From a virus: a stretch of 60,801 bases of DNA. Location of the stretch: IMG/VR virus record IMGVR_UViG_3300049015_000016, positions 1 to 60,801 of that record, one strand, 5' to 3'. The position numbers were made by a program, and so were the translations under genes. Positions 8,333 through 16,553 of this stretch are shown here, one piece after another; the stretch's first letter is position 1; every line of letters begins with the position of its first letter. A model generated the notes under the pieces. It ran no database searches. It was given only the letters and a program-made list of their open reading frames with translations, and had not been told where the DNA came from.

Positions 8333-8722
8333 GAAGCCGCTTCGGTTTCTGTGTTCCTCGGGTTAAATCCCAGCTTGCCCTCACAAGTGGAATGCAGAAT
8401 CCCAAGCGGCTTTTTGCTTTTCCGTCCTCACATCGGCCGCACCCCAGGCGATACCAACGCGGCACGAGCCACCGGCGTGGGAGAAAACGGTTTGAACTGA
8501 GTCCCCTGCGTATCTGGCTGGGGGCAGTGCCCGGACAGCACAAGGACCGGGCAGGAAGTGGCGTAAAGGGTTGACGGCGAAAGCTGGCGGGCGGTTTGGC
8601 CTTACCGACAATAAGGCAGCCACGATTACGGGATTCGGTTCACCAGTGCACAGCAAGGTCAGAGCGGGCAGGGTTCAACCCGACCCCAGCATTAGTCGTG
8701 ATGTACCTATACCAGAGGAATT
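8333..8722 (+). ncRNA. Candidate structured leader or small RNA upstream of rha
   Basis: About 470 bp with no convincing ORF. There is a 5' hairpin at 8332-8350. The 9-nt segment AAGCCGCTT (8334-8342) can instead pair with AAGCGGCTT (8404-8412), which is followed by TTTTTGCTTTT. A further 7-bp stem lies at 8528-8534/8547-8553. Confidence 0.3.
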
Positions 8723-9409
8723 ATGGAACTGACAATTCAAAGCAGGCAGGTGATGTCGAGCCGCGAGATTGCGGAACTGACCGGCAAGCAGCACTTCCAC
8801 GTGAGGCGCGACATCGAAAAAATGCTGAAGGAACTCTCGGAAGATGAATCCAAGTTTGGATGCACCTACATGGACAGCATGAATCGAGAGCAGCACGAGT
8901 ACGCGCTGGACCGCGAGCTGACGGAAACGCTGCTGACCGGCTACAGCGCGCCGCTGCGCCGCAAGGTGATCGCCCGCTGGCGCGAACTGGAGGCTGCGGC
9001 GCCGGCCCCGCTCGACCTGAACGACCCAGCTGCGTTGCGCGCAGCGCTGCTGGGCTACACCGAGAAGGTGCTGGCGCTGGAGGCCAAGGTGGCGACGGAC
9101 GCGCCGAAGGTCGCGTTCGCAGAGGCGATCCGCGCCGTCGACGGCGTTTGCAACGTGGACCGCATCGCGCGCGTGCTGAACATCGGCCGCAACAAGTTCT
9201 TCAAGCGCCTGCGCGAAGACGGGATCCTCATGTCGAACAATCTGCCGTACCAGAAATACATCGACCGCGAATACTTCACGGTGATCGAGCAGGAGCCGTA
9301 CACCGACAGCAAGGGCGTCAGTCACCCGACGTTCACGACGATGGTGACCGGCGCCGGCCAGGTGTTCCTGGCGAAGCGCTACGCGAACATCGAAGGGAGT
9401 GCGAAATGA
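8723..9409 (+). CDS. Rha-family regulatory protein / antirepressor-like
   Basis: N-terminal SSREIAELTGKQHFHVRRDIEKML (Rha-type). C-terminal part resembles a KilAC/ANT-like domain. Confidence 0.85.
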   Translation: MELTIQSRQVMSSREIAELTGKQHFHVRRDIEKMLKELSEDESKFGCTYMDSMNREQHEYALDRELTETLLTGYSAPLRRKVIARWRELEAAAPAPLDLNDPAALRAALLGYTEKVLALEAKVATDAPKVAFAEAIRAVDGVCNVDRIARVLNIGRNKFFKRLREDGILMSNNLPYQKYIDREYFTVIEQEPYTDSKGVSHPTFTTMVTGAGQVFLAKRYANIEGSAK

Positions 9410-9942
9410 ACAACGACGACCTGATCGCCCTGCGCCAACTGCACCGCCTGATCAGCCGCACGCACAGCGTGCACGCCGCGTATGCGCCGGCGCTGGAGCG
9501 GGCAATCGAAGACTTCGCGGCGCAGCAAGCCGCGTGGACTGCCTGCATCCCTGTCGGGAATCCCACGCCGAGCGTGCTGGTGGGGCTGGGTTTCAATGAG
9601 CACGGCCAAGTGGTGCGCACCACGAAAGAGGAACCGCATTGGGCGCCCGATGACCAGATGTCCGCGGTAACGCGCCCGAGCATGGCCGAGCGGATGGCGA
9701 GCGGATCGCAGGCCGCAGCGCTGTCCGCGATCCGCGACCTGGGTGAGTTCGCGGATGCGCAGGAGTTCGCCGCGCGTCGTGAACGGCAAGATCGGATGGC
9801 CGAGTATCAGGCGCAGGCGGCCGAGAAGCGCCGGCCAGACATCCGTGGGCTGATCGCGAACGACGGCTTCGCCGCCAGCTTCCAGTCGCTGGGCCAGTAC
9901 CGCGCCGCGCTGCTGAAGGCGCTGGGCGGCACGGAGGACTGA
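9406..9942 (+). CDS. Hypothetical protein
   Basis: ATG at 9406 forms an ATGA overlap with the rha stop. The long N-terminal extension of the track ORF 8860.. is rejected. Confidence 0.65.
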   Translation: MNNDDLIALRQLHRLISRTHSVHAAYAPALERAIEDFAAQQAAWTACIPVGNPTPSVLVGLGFNEHGQVVRTTKEEPHWAPDDQMSAVTRPSMAERMASGSQAAALSAIRDLGEFADAQEFAARRERQDRMAEYQAQAAEKRRPDIRGLIANDGFAASFQSLGQYRAALLKALGGTED

Positions 9943-9946
9943 TCCC

Positions 9947-10171
9947 ATGATCTTCCACGCCCTGCACCACTACGCGATGCACATCGCAAAGGTCTGGTTC
10001 GACATGGCCGACGACGCCAAGACTGACCCCAGCATGCGCCTGTACAGCAAGGCGCGCGGGCTTGTCGAGTACGACCGCATCCTGACGGGCCGCTCGTGGT
10101 CGCCGTGGGATGCGAAGAGCAGCCGCGCGCCGCGCGGCGGCGCGCAGGTCATGCACGAAGATTTCGTATAA
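9947..10171 (+). CDS. Hypothetical protein
   Basis: 74-aa ORF in the co-oriented series. Confidence 0.5.
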   Translation: MIFHALHHYAMHIAKVWFDMADDAKTDPSMRLYSKARGLVEYDRILTGRSWSPWDAKSSRAPRGGAQVMHEDFV

Positions 10172-10192
10172 CCGCGTCACCACCTGGAGAAG

Positions 10193-10462
10193 ATGATGGA
10201 AGGGTTTGTTTTGAAAGATGAGGGCGCGGCCGCGTTTCAGCACACGCTGCACCCGGCGATGATGCGCGCGTACTTCGCCGCGCATGCGCCGGATGTGCCG
10301 TTTCACTACGAGTTCCAGCGCGTACTGACGGCCGTCGACGAGGGTAATGGTCAGACGAGCGTGAAAATGCTGCCCGAAACCGATCTGGCGCGCATCGTCC
10401 GCTGGCGCCTGGAATACGCCGACCAGATGCTGGCCGCGCTGCGCGAGGGTGCTCCGGAATGA
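10193..10462 (+). CDS. Hypothetical protein
   Basis: Preceded by the CACCTGGAGAAG motif; 89 aa. Confidence 0.55.
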   Translation: MMEGFVLKDEGAAAFQHTLHPAMMRAYFAAHAPDVPFHYEFQRVLTAVDEGNGQTSVKMLPETDLARIVRWRLEYADQMLAALREGAPE

Positions 10463-11262
10463 ACCGCGTGATCCCTATCCGCGCCAGCTCGTTCGGCAAT
10501 CTGTTCTCGTGCGCGCACCGCTGGGAGGCCGAGCACATCCTGGGCATGCGCCGGCCCTCGTCGCTGCGCGCGCACCTGGGGACCAGCATCCACGCCGGCA
10601 CCGCGGCATTCGACCAGGCCACCATCGACGGCTCGCCGCTGAGCGTCACGGACGCGGTGGATGCGACGATGGAGGTGTTCGACAAGCCGCGCCAGGAAAC
10701 GGACATGCGCGACGAACGGCTGCCGGTGAAGGAGGCCGCGCGCATCGCGGTGCAGCTGACGATGAAATACTGCCGCGAGATCGCGCCGACGATGGAGTAC
10801 GTGGCCGTGGAGATGGCGCTGGACCCGCTGGAGATCGAGACGCACGGCGTCGTCATCCGGCTGACCGGCAACATGGACCGGGCCCGCGTGTCGAAGACCG
10901 AGTACGGCCACGTGATCCCGGACCTGAAAAGCGGCAGTCGGCTGATTCGCGACGGACAGGTGATCATCCACGGCCGCGCGCCGCAGGTCGGCACGTACGA
11001 GCTGCTGTACACGCACACTACCTGCGAACCCACGGCCGGCGGCCAGATCATCGCGCTGCAAACCACGTCGAAGTGCGAGACGGGCGTGTCGAAAGTTTTC
11101 GACGCGAAGAGCATACTGGTGGGCGACGACGAGAATCCGGGCTTGATCGAGGTGGCCGGCCTGATGCTCAGCACCGGCTCGTTCCCGCCCAACACCGCAA
11201 GCCCCCTCTGCTCCGAACGCTACTGCGTGCGCTACAAAACCTGCCGCTTCGTCGAACGATAA
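10459..11262 (+). CDS. PD-(D/E)XK (Cas4/RecB-like) exonuclease with C-terminal Cys cluster
   Basis: IPDLKSG (D..D/ExK), QVGTYELLY (QxxxY) and C-terminal CSERYCVRYKTC. Sits directly upstream of recT. Confidence 0.8.
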   Translation: MNRVIPIRASSFGNLFSCAHRWEAEHILGMRRPSSLRAHLGTSIHAGTAAFDQATIDGSPLSVTDAVDATMEVFDKPRQETDMRDERLPVKEAARIAVQLTMKYCREIAPTMEYVAVEMALDPLEIETHGVVIRLTGNMDRARVSKTEYGHVIPDLKSGSRLIRDGQVIIHGRAPQVGTYELLYTHTTCEPTAGGQIIALQTTSKCETGVSKVFDAKSILVGDDENPGLIEVAGLMLSTGSFPPNTASPLCSERYCVRYKTCRFVER

Positions 11263-11296
11263 CCGCAACAACAACCACAACCACCTGGAGAAACTG

Positions 11297-12433
11297 ATGG
11301 AACAGCAACAAGGCAACACCCCAACCAACCCTGCGGCGCTGCGCGCGAACGTTGGTGCCCGCGAGGCGGCGCTGCCGGCCGTGCAGATGGGCTTTGGCAA
11401 TCTGCAGTCGTTCGAGCTGATCCAGCGCGCGGCAAAAGTGCTGGCCCACTCTACGCTGGTGCCCACGGCATACCGCATGCAGAAGGAGGTCAAGGAGTAC
11501 GGCAAGGTCGTCGCCTACGAGGACAATCCGAGCGCCATCCCGAACTGCATCGTCGCTTTGAACATGGCCCAGCGCATGGGCGCCGACCCCCTGATGGTGA
11601 TGCAGAACCTCTACATCGTCGAAGGCCGGCCATCGTGGTCGTCGCAGTACATCATCGCAGCGATCAACTCGTGCGGACGGTATTCGCCGCTGCGCTTCGA
11701 GATGAGCGCCGTGGGCGAGCCGCGCGACGTCGAGTACACGACCACCGAATGGGTGCAGGTGCAAGGCGAGAAGAAGAAGCAGCCGCAGGAACGGAAGAAA
11801 AGCGTGACCATCACGCCGCGCACGTGCGTGGCCTGGGCCACCGAGCTGGCAACCGGAGATCGCCTGGAGTCTCCGCCGGTGTCGATGGATATGGCCGTGG
11901 CCGAGGGCTGGTTCCAGAAGAACGGCAGCAAATGGCAGACCATGCCGGACGTGATGCTGCGGTACCGCGCCGCCGCGTTCTTCGGTAAGCTGTACGCGCC
12001 CGAGCTGCTGATGGGCCTGCAAACCGCCGAAGAGGCGCACGATATCATCGACGTGGAGCGTCAGCCTGAAGGCCACTATGCGGCCGCGCCGGCCACCGTG
12101 GAATCGCTGCGTGAGCAGCCGGCGGAACAGGCCCAGCGCCGCCGCGCCACCGACGCAGAAGACGCGGAAGTGATCGAGCAGCGCGCCGAAGAGACGGCGC
12201 CGCCGGCGGAATCAGCCGCGCCCCAGGCCCAACCCGATGCGCCGGCCGCCAGCGAAGAACCTGCGTCCGATGCGCCGCCTGCTGATGCAGCGGCACAGCC
12301 ATCGCCAGCTCGCGTAGCGATTAATGCTGCGCTCGATGCGGCCCGCGCGAAGAAGAACGACGACGCCGTTGCCGCCGCGCTGGGCACCGCACCGCAAGCT
12401 CGCACGCGCCGCGCCGCGCCGACCGCCGAATAA
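11297..12433 (+). CDS. recT: RecT-family single-strand annealing recombinase
   Basis: ALNMAQRMGADPLMVMQNLYIVEGRPSWSSQYIIAAINSCG resembles the RecT core. The tail is Ala/Pro-rich. Confidence 0.85.
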   Translation: MEQQQGNTPTNPAALRANVGAREAALPAVQMGFGNLQSFELIQRAAKVLAHSTLVPTAYRMQKEVKEYGKVVAYEDNPSAIPNCIVALNMAQRMGADPLMVMQNLYIVEGRPSWSSQYIIAAINSCGRYSPLRFEMSAVGEPRDVEYTTTEWVQVQGEKKKQPQERKKSVTITPRTCVAWATELATGDRLESPPVSMDMAVAEGWFQKNGSKWQTMPDVMLRYRAAAFFGKLYAPELLMGLQTAEEAHDIIDVERQPEGHYAAAPATVESLREQPAEQAQRRRATDAEDAEVIEQRAEETAPPAESAAPQAQPDAPAASEEPASDAPPADAAAQPSPARVAINAALDAARAKKNDDAVAAALGTAPQARTRRAAPTAE

Positions 12434-12469
12434 CCATTTCACCCACCACCCAACCGAAAGGGAGTACAC

Positions 12470-13345
12470 ATGTCCGAAGAGGCAATCGCAAACACCGCTG
12501 GAGAAGAGCCGTTCGAGAATCCGGATTTCCAGGAAGTCGAGCACGCGCAATCTGATAACGCCGGCGTGGTCGACGCCGAAACAGCGCCGCCGGCCGCCGC
12601 GTCCGGCATCGAGCCGTTCTCGCTCGTGAAGGAAAAGTTCACGCTGTCGAGCATCAACACCCGCGGCGAGAAGCACGGCGACGAGCGCGTGCCGGCGCTC
12701 GACCTGAAGTTCACGACGAACCTGTCGAACAGCGTGCTGCTGAAGCTGCACCCGGGCCTGCGTGACGCGCTGTACGTTCCGGACCGCCAGACCGACATCG
12801 AGGCCGACTACGGCCGCAAGCTGCGGTTCCCGCTGATCGGCACGATCCCGTACGACCTGGAAGTGCCGCGCGTGAAGCTGCGCGTGCACGACTGCGACAG
12901 CGAGGACAACGACGTCGTGCTGATCGACGGCCGCGCCAACAAGTTCAAGATCACGCCGATGGAAGGCGGCAGCGTGGCGCTGGCGTTCCGCGTGCAGTTC
13001 TCCGACTACGACACCGACGCGCTGGCCGCGCTGGCGCGCGTGCTCCAGCAGACTGTGCCGATCTCGCTGGCCTGCGAGGCGGCCGAGGAAGAGCCGACCA
13101 TCGAGGAGCAGGTGGAGCAGGTCACGCAGAAGCCGAAGAGCGCGGCATGGTTGGCAGGCGAAAAACTGTTTGTCAACGAAGGCGAGGACACGCTGACGGG
13201 CAGCCTGCCGTTCCCCGATGATCTGCCGGACTTCCCGGTCGACGCCCAGGGTGAAGCGCCTGCCGCCGAGACGGCACCGGCCGAGTCGAACGTCACGCCG
13301 ATCAAGGCACCGCGCAAGAAGCGCACTGCGAACGGGGCAGAATAA
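12470..13345 (+). CDS. Hypothetical acidic protein in the recombination module
   Basis: 291 aa with GGGAG upstream. No motif recognised. Confidence 0.65.
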   Translation: MSEEAIANTAGEEPFENPDFQEVEHAQSDNAGVVDAETAPPAAASGIEPFSLVKEKFTLSSINTRGEKHGDERVPALDLKFTTNLSNSVLLKLHPGLRDALYVPDRQTDIEADYGRKLRFPLIGTIPYDLEVPRVKLRVHDCDSEDNDVVLIDGRANKFKITPMEGGSVALAFRVQFSDYDTDALAALARVLQQTVPISLACEAAEEEPTIEEQVEQVTQKPKSAAWLAGEKLFVNEGEDTLTGSLPFPDDLPDFPVDAQGEAPAAETAPAESNVTPIKAPRKKRTANGAE

Positions 13346-13346
13346 C

Positions 13347-13634
13347 ATGCCACAATTCCGCAAAAAACCAGTCGTCATCACCGCTGTGCAGTTCACGCAA
13401 GCTGTTCGTGACGCCAACATATTCGACGGCGGCGATTTGCCCGAAGGAGTCATTCGCGGCATGGCCAACTATCACCCAGTCCGGCGCGAGGTGTACGACG
13501 CGCGCTACTTCGTCGAAACACTGGAGGGCCGCATGGAGGTGTCGCTGGACGATTGGATCATCACCGGCGTGAAAGGCGAGCGTTACCCGTGCAAGCCCGA
13601 CATCTTCGCTGCGACCTACGAGGCTGTCGAGTAA
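13347..13634 (+). CDS. PGDYG-like small phage protein
   Basis: MPQFRKKPVVITAVQF...DWIITGVKGERYPCKPDIFAATYE. Start refined to 13347. Confidence 0.7.
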   Translation: MPQFRKKPVVITAVQFTQAVRDANIFDGGDLPEGVIRGMANYHPVRREVYDARYFVETLEGRMEVSLDDWIITGVKGERYPCKPDIFAATYEAVE

Positions 13635-13687
13635 CACCACCCGGGCCGGCCAGTCCGGCCCACATCAACCACTGGAGAAAGAAGAAT

Positions 13688-15478
13688 ATGCGCATCGAAC
13701 GAATCCAGGCACAGAACGTCCTGGCGATCAACGACATCGACATCCGTGTCAACAAACCCATCCTGCTGGTGGCGGCACACAACGGCGCCGGCAAAAGCGC
13801 CATCGCCGACTGCATCAAGATGGCACTCACCCGCGAACTGCCGCGCGGCATCGACCACAAAAAAAACCTGGACATGCTGGTCAACGACGGCGGCGCGAGA
13901 GCTGGCGGCGCCCTGATCACGTGCAACGATGACCAGGCGTTCGGCTTCGCGCTGCCGAAGGGGAAATTCGACGGTGACGAGCTGCCCGACGCCATGAAGG
14001 TGGCGATCGACGGCCAGCGCTTCAGCGCGATGACGCCGGACCAGCGCCGCACGTTCCTGTTCGCCCTAACTGGCCGCCGCGTGACGGCGCAGTACGTGAA
14101 GGACGCGTTGACCGCCGCCGGCTGCGTGCCCGCGCTGATCGACGAGGTGCTGCCCACGCTGCGCACCGGTATCGCCGACGCCTGCGAGTACGCGAAGGAC
14201 AAGGCCAAGGCCAGCAAGACCCTGTGGAACAACGTGACGGGCGGCACCTGGGGCCCGAAGATCGCCGAGGGCTGGGCCGCGCCGCTGCCGGAAGTGCCGG
14301 CAGGCGACGTCGCCGCGTTGCGCCAGCACGTGGCCGGCCTGGACGCCGTGATCGCCACGCAGACCGAAGCGTTGGGCGCCATCCGGCAGGCTGTGCAAAC
14401 AGCTGCCGCCGACGTGCAGCGCCGCGCCCAGCTGGAAGCATCCGTCAAGCGCGTGCCGGAGCTGGAGAAGCTGCTGCCCGCCGCCATCGCCGAGCGCGAC
14501 GAGTACCAGAAGAAGGTCGACGCGCTGCGCGAGCGCGCGAAGGGCACCGCCCGCGTGGGGCTGGTGCACGACCTGGCCCGCTTCGTTTTCGAGCTGAACC
14601 CGACCGACGCGCCCACCGCCACGGCGCAGGCGAAGCTGATGGCTGCCTACACGAAGGAGCACGGCGCGATCACCGCCGCCGGCGCCGCCGACCCGGAAGC
14701 GGTGGCTGGCCTGCCCGAGCACGAGCGCGGCCTGCAGGTGCTGGTGAACCGTGCCGCGAACCTCCAGCGCGACCTGGATGGCGCGAAGATGGCGAAGGGC
14801 CAGTACGACGCGCTGGAGCCGGCGGCGGATGCCGTCGACGCCAGCACCGAGATCGCCGAGGTGGAGCAGGCGCTGGCTGCGGCGAAGGCCGAACGACAGA
14901 CCGCGCAGAGCGCCATCCAGGCCATCGAGGCGGCGCAGAAGCTGCGCGCCGACGCAGACGGCAAGACGAAGACCGCCGCCGCCCACCACGCGAACGTCAC
15001 GGCGTGGCTGGCGATTGCCGAGCAGCTGGCGCCCGCCGGCATCCCCGCCCGCCTGCTGAAGGAAGCGCTGGCGCCCGTGAACGAGAAGCTGCACCAGGCC
15101 GCCGTCGACGCCGAATGGCCGCGCGTTGTCATCCACGACGACATGTCGATCACCGTCGAGAAGGATCCGGACGTGCCGCGTCTGTACCAGCTTGAGTCCG
15201 CATCGTACCGCTGGCGCGCGGACGCGATGATCGCCCAGGTCGTGGCCACGATGTCGGGCCTGAAAATCCTCGTGCTGGACGCGGTCGACGTGCTGCAGCC
15301 GTCGGCGCGCCCCGAGCTGTTCTCGTGGGTCGATCTGCTGGTTGCCGAGGGCGACCTGGACAGCGTCGTGCTGCTGGCCGCGCTGGAGCGCCCGCCCGTC
15401 GATCTGCTGGATACGTTCCAGCTGTGCTGGCTGCGCGATGGCACCGTCGTACAGTCCGCGCACAAGGCTGCCGCATAA
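13688..15478 (+). CDS. SMC/SbcC/Rad50-like coiled-coil ATPase
   Basis: Walker A AAHNGAGKSA, a long Ala/Glu/Gln coiled-coil middle region and Walker B-like LKILVLDAVD. Start refined to the ATG at 13688 after GGAGAAAG. Confidence 0.75.
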   Translation: MRIERIQAQNVLAINDIDIRVNKPILLVAAHNGAGKSAIADCIKMALTRELPRGIDHKKNLDMLVNDGGARAGGALITCNDDQAFGFALPKGKFDGDELPDAMKVAIDGQRFSAMTPDQRRTFLFALTGRRVTAQYVKDALTAAGCVPALIDEVLPTLRTGIADACEYAKDKAKASKTLWNNVTGGTWGPKIAEGWAAPLPEVPAGDVAALRQHVAGLDAVIATQTEALGAIRQAVQTAAADVQRRAQLEASVKRVPELEKLLPAAIAERDEYQKKVDALRERAKGTARVGLVHDLARFVFELNPTDAPTATAQAKLMAAYTKEHGAITAAGAADPEAVAGLPEHERGLQVLVNRAANLQRDLDGAKMAKGQYDALEPAADAVDASTEIAEVEQALAAAKAERQTAQSAIQAIEAAQKLRADADGKTKTAAAHHANVTAWLAIAEQLAPAGIPARLLKEALAPVNEKLHQAAVDAEWPRVVIHDDMSITVEKDPDVPRLYQLESASYRWRADAMIAQVVATMSGLKILVLDAVDVLQPSARPELFSWVDLLVAEGDLDSVVLLAALERPPVDLLDTFQLCWLRDGTVVQSAHKAAA

Positions 15479-15501
15479 ACGTGCCGTCGCCGCAAAACAA
15501 C

Positions 15502-15526
15502 AAAGCCGCCTACGGGCGGTTTTTTT
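15502..15526 (+). terminator. Rho-independent terminator
   Basis: AAAGCCGCC-tacg-GGCGGTTT stem followed by a 7-T run. Confidence 0.8.
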
Positions 15527-15585
15527 GTGCCAATGTTGTTGCTATGTTGGCGCACATCTTGTACATTGATGTTCATGGCAGCGCA

Positions 15586-15616
15586 TTTCTAGAAAGAATG
15601 GAGTATGATGTATAAT
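15586..15616 (+). promoter_or_regulatory. Candidate extended -10 promoter with palindrome TTTCTAGAAA
   Basis: TGTATAATT at 15609-15617. A perfect 10-bp palindrome lies at 15586-15595. Confidence 0.4.
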
Positions 15617-15636
15617 TCCTCACCAAAGGAGGATTT

Positions 15637-16128
15637 ATGAACAGCATTACTTTCGACGGAACCAAAGAGTCTTTGATGAAATTGATTCGATATGAGCCGG
15701 AAACGGGGGCTTTTTACCGAATTTTTTCGGGGAAGGAGTTGGGTCCGGAAAACAAGTCTGTGTACCTGACGATTCGCCTTAACGATGGCAAAACTTACTA
15801 TGCGCACAGGCTGGCTTGGCTGTATGTATACGGTGAATTCCCTGCTGGAAACTTGGATCACATCAACGGCAACAAAAGGGACAACCGGATAGTCAACTTG
15901 CGGCAATGCAACCAATCGCAAAATATGGTCAATACTGGCCGGCAAAGCAATAACAAGACAGGCTATCGCGGGGTTCGACTGCGAAGCGATGGAAAAAAAT
16001 ACGATGCCCAGATCGGGCTTAACGGGAAGAGGTACCACCTCGGGAGTTTTGATACCCCCGAAGAGGCGGCGGAAGCATATAGGGCCGCAGCACTACGAAT
16101 GCACCACGGCTTTACCCGGATCACATAA
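15637..16128 (+). CDS. HNH homing endonuclease with AP2 DNA-binding domain
   Basis: AHRLAWLYVYGEFPAGNLDHINGNKRDNRIVNLRQCNQSQN (HNH) followed by TGYRGVRLRSDGKKYDAQIGLNGKRYHLGSFDTPEEAAEAY (AP2). Lies in a lower-GC island. Confidence 0.85.
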   Translation: MNSITFDGTKESLMKLIRYEPETGAFYRIFSGKELGPENKSVYLTIRLNDGKTYYAHRLAWLYVYGEFPAGNLDHINGNKRDNRIVNLRQCNQSQNMVNTGRQSNNKTGYRGVRLRSDGKKYDAQIGLNGKRYHLGSFDTPEEAAEAYRAAALRMHHGFTRIT

Positions 16129-16161
16129 CCGCCCTTCGGGGCGCTTCACCTGGAGATCGAA

Positions 16162-16332
16162 ATGGCAGGAAAACAAAGTTCCGCGATGGATAAGGCGCAA
16201 AAATCCATCGAGTCCGGAAAGATGAACGCGCAGCAGGCCGCCGCGAAGTACGGGCTGTCGGCCGTCAGCATCCAGCGCAAGACGTGGTACCGGCAGCACA
16301 TGGCCGCGCAGGCGGCAAAGGCAGCGCCGTGA
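16162..16332 (+). CDS. Small HTH-like protein (56 aa)
   Basis: MAGKQSSAMDKAQKSIESGKMNAQQAAAKYGLSAVSIQRKTWYRQ...; CACCTGGAGA motif upstream. Below the track cut-off. Confidence 0.5.
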   Translation: MAGKQSSAMDKAQKSIESGKMNAQQAAAKYGLSAVSIQRKTWYRQHMAAQAAKAAP

Positions 16333-16553
16333 CCGCCATCTACCCACCGGGCCAGTACGTCGTAACGGTCAAGTTCGACGGCGGCACCGACGATCGCGTC
16401 TGCGTTCTGGAGGATGAGCGCGAGGAGATATACGTCATGCAGTTGGCGCTGATCGACATGCGCATGAGCGCTGGGCCTGGGCTGATGGGAAAGGTGGAGA
16501 GCTACAAGGTCGAGCCGTACACTGGACAACCACTGAGGAAAACATGGAACTGA
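16329..16553 (+). CDS. Hypothetical protein
   Basis: GTG at 16329 forms a GTGA overlap with the upstream stop. Confidence 0.5.
   Translation: MTAIYPPGQYVVTVKFDGGTDDRVCVLEDEREEIYVMQLALIDMRMSAGPGLMGKVESYKVEPYTGQPLRKTWN

Noticed and set aside
8660-8690. tRNA-like T-arm string GGGTTCAACCC just upstream of rha.
   Set aside because: The flanking bases do not form a 5-bp T stem, and no acceptor, D or anticodon arms can be drawn. No cloverleaf is possible by eye.
8860-9405. Long N-terminal extensions of track ORFs, for example 8860..9942, 13553..15478, 18431..19549, 19610..21142 and 44061..45359.
   Set aside because: The extensions overlap upstream genes in another frame, are Arg/Gly-rich, and lack ribosome-binding sites. 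Internal starts with SD sequences or ATGA overlaps fit better.
13669-13680. Pairing of the candidate sRNA seed (CUCCAGUG) with the ribosome-binding site of the ATPase gene (CACUGGAG).
   Set aside because: The match is only 8 contiguous base pairs, and a match of this length is expected by chance in about 60 kb. It is not used as evidence for a target.
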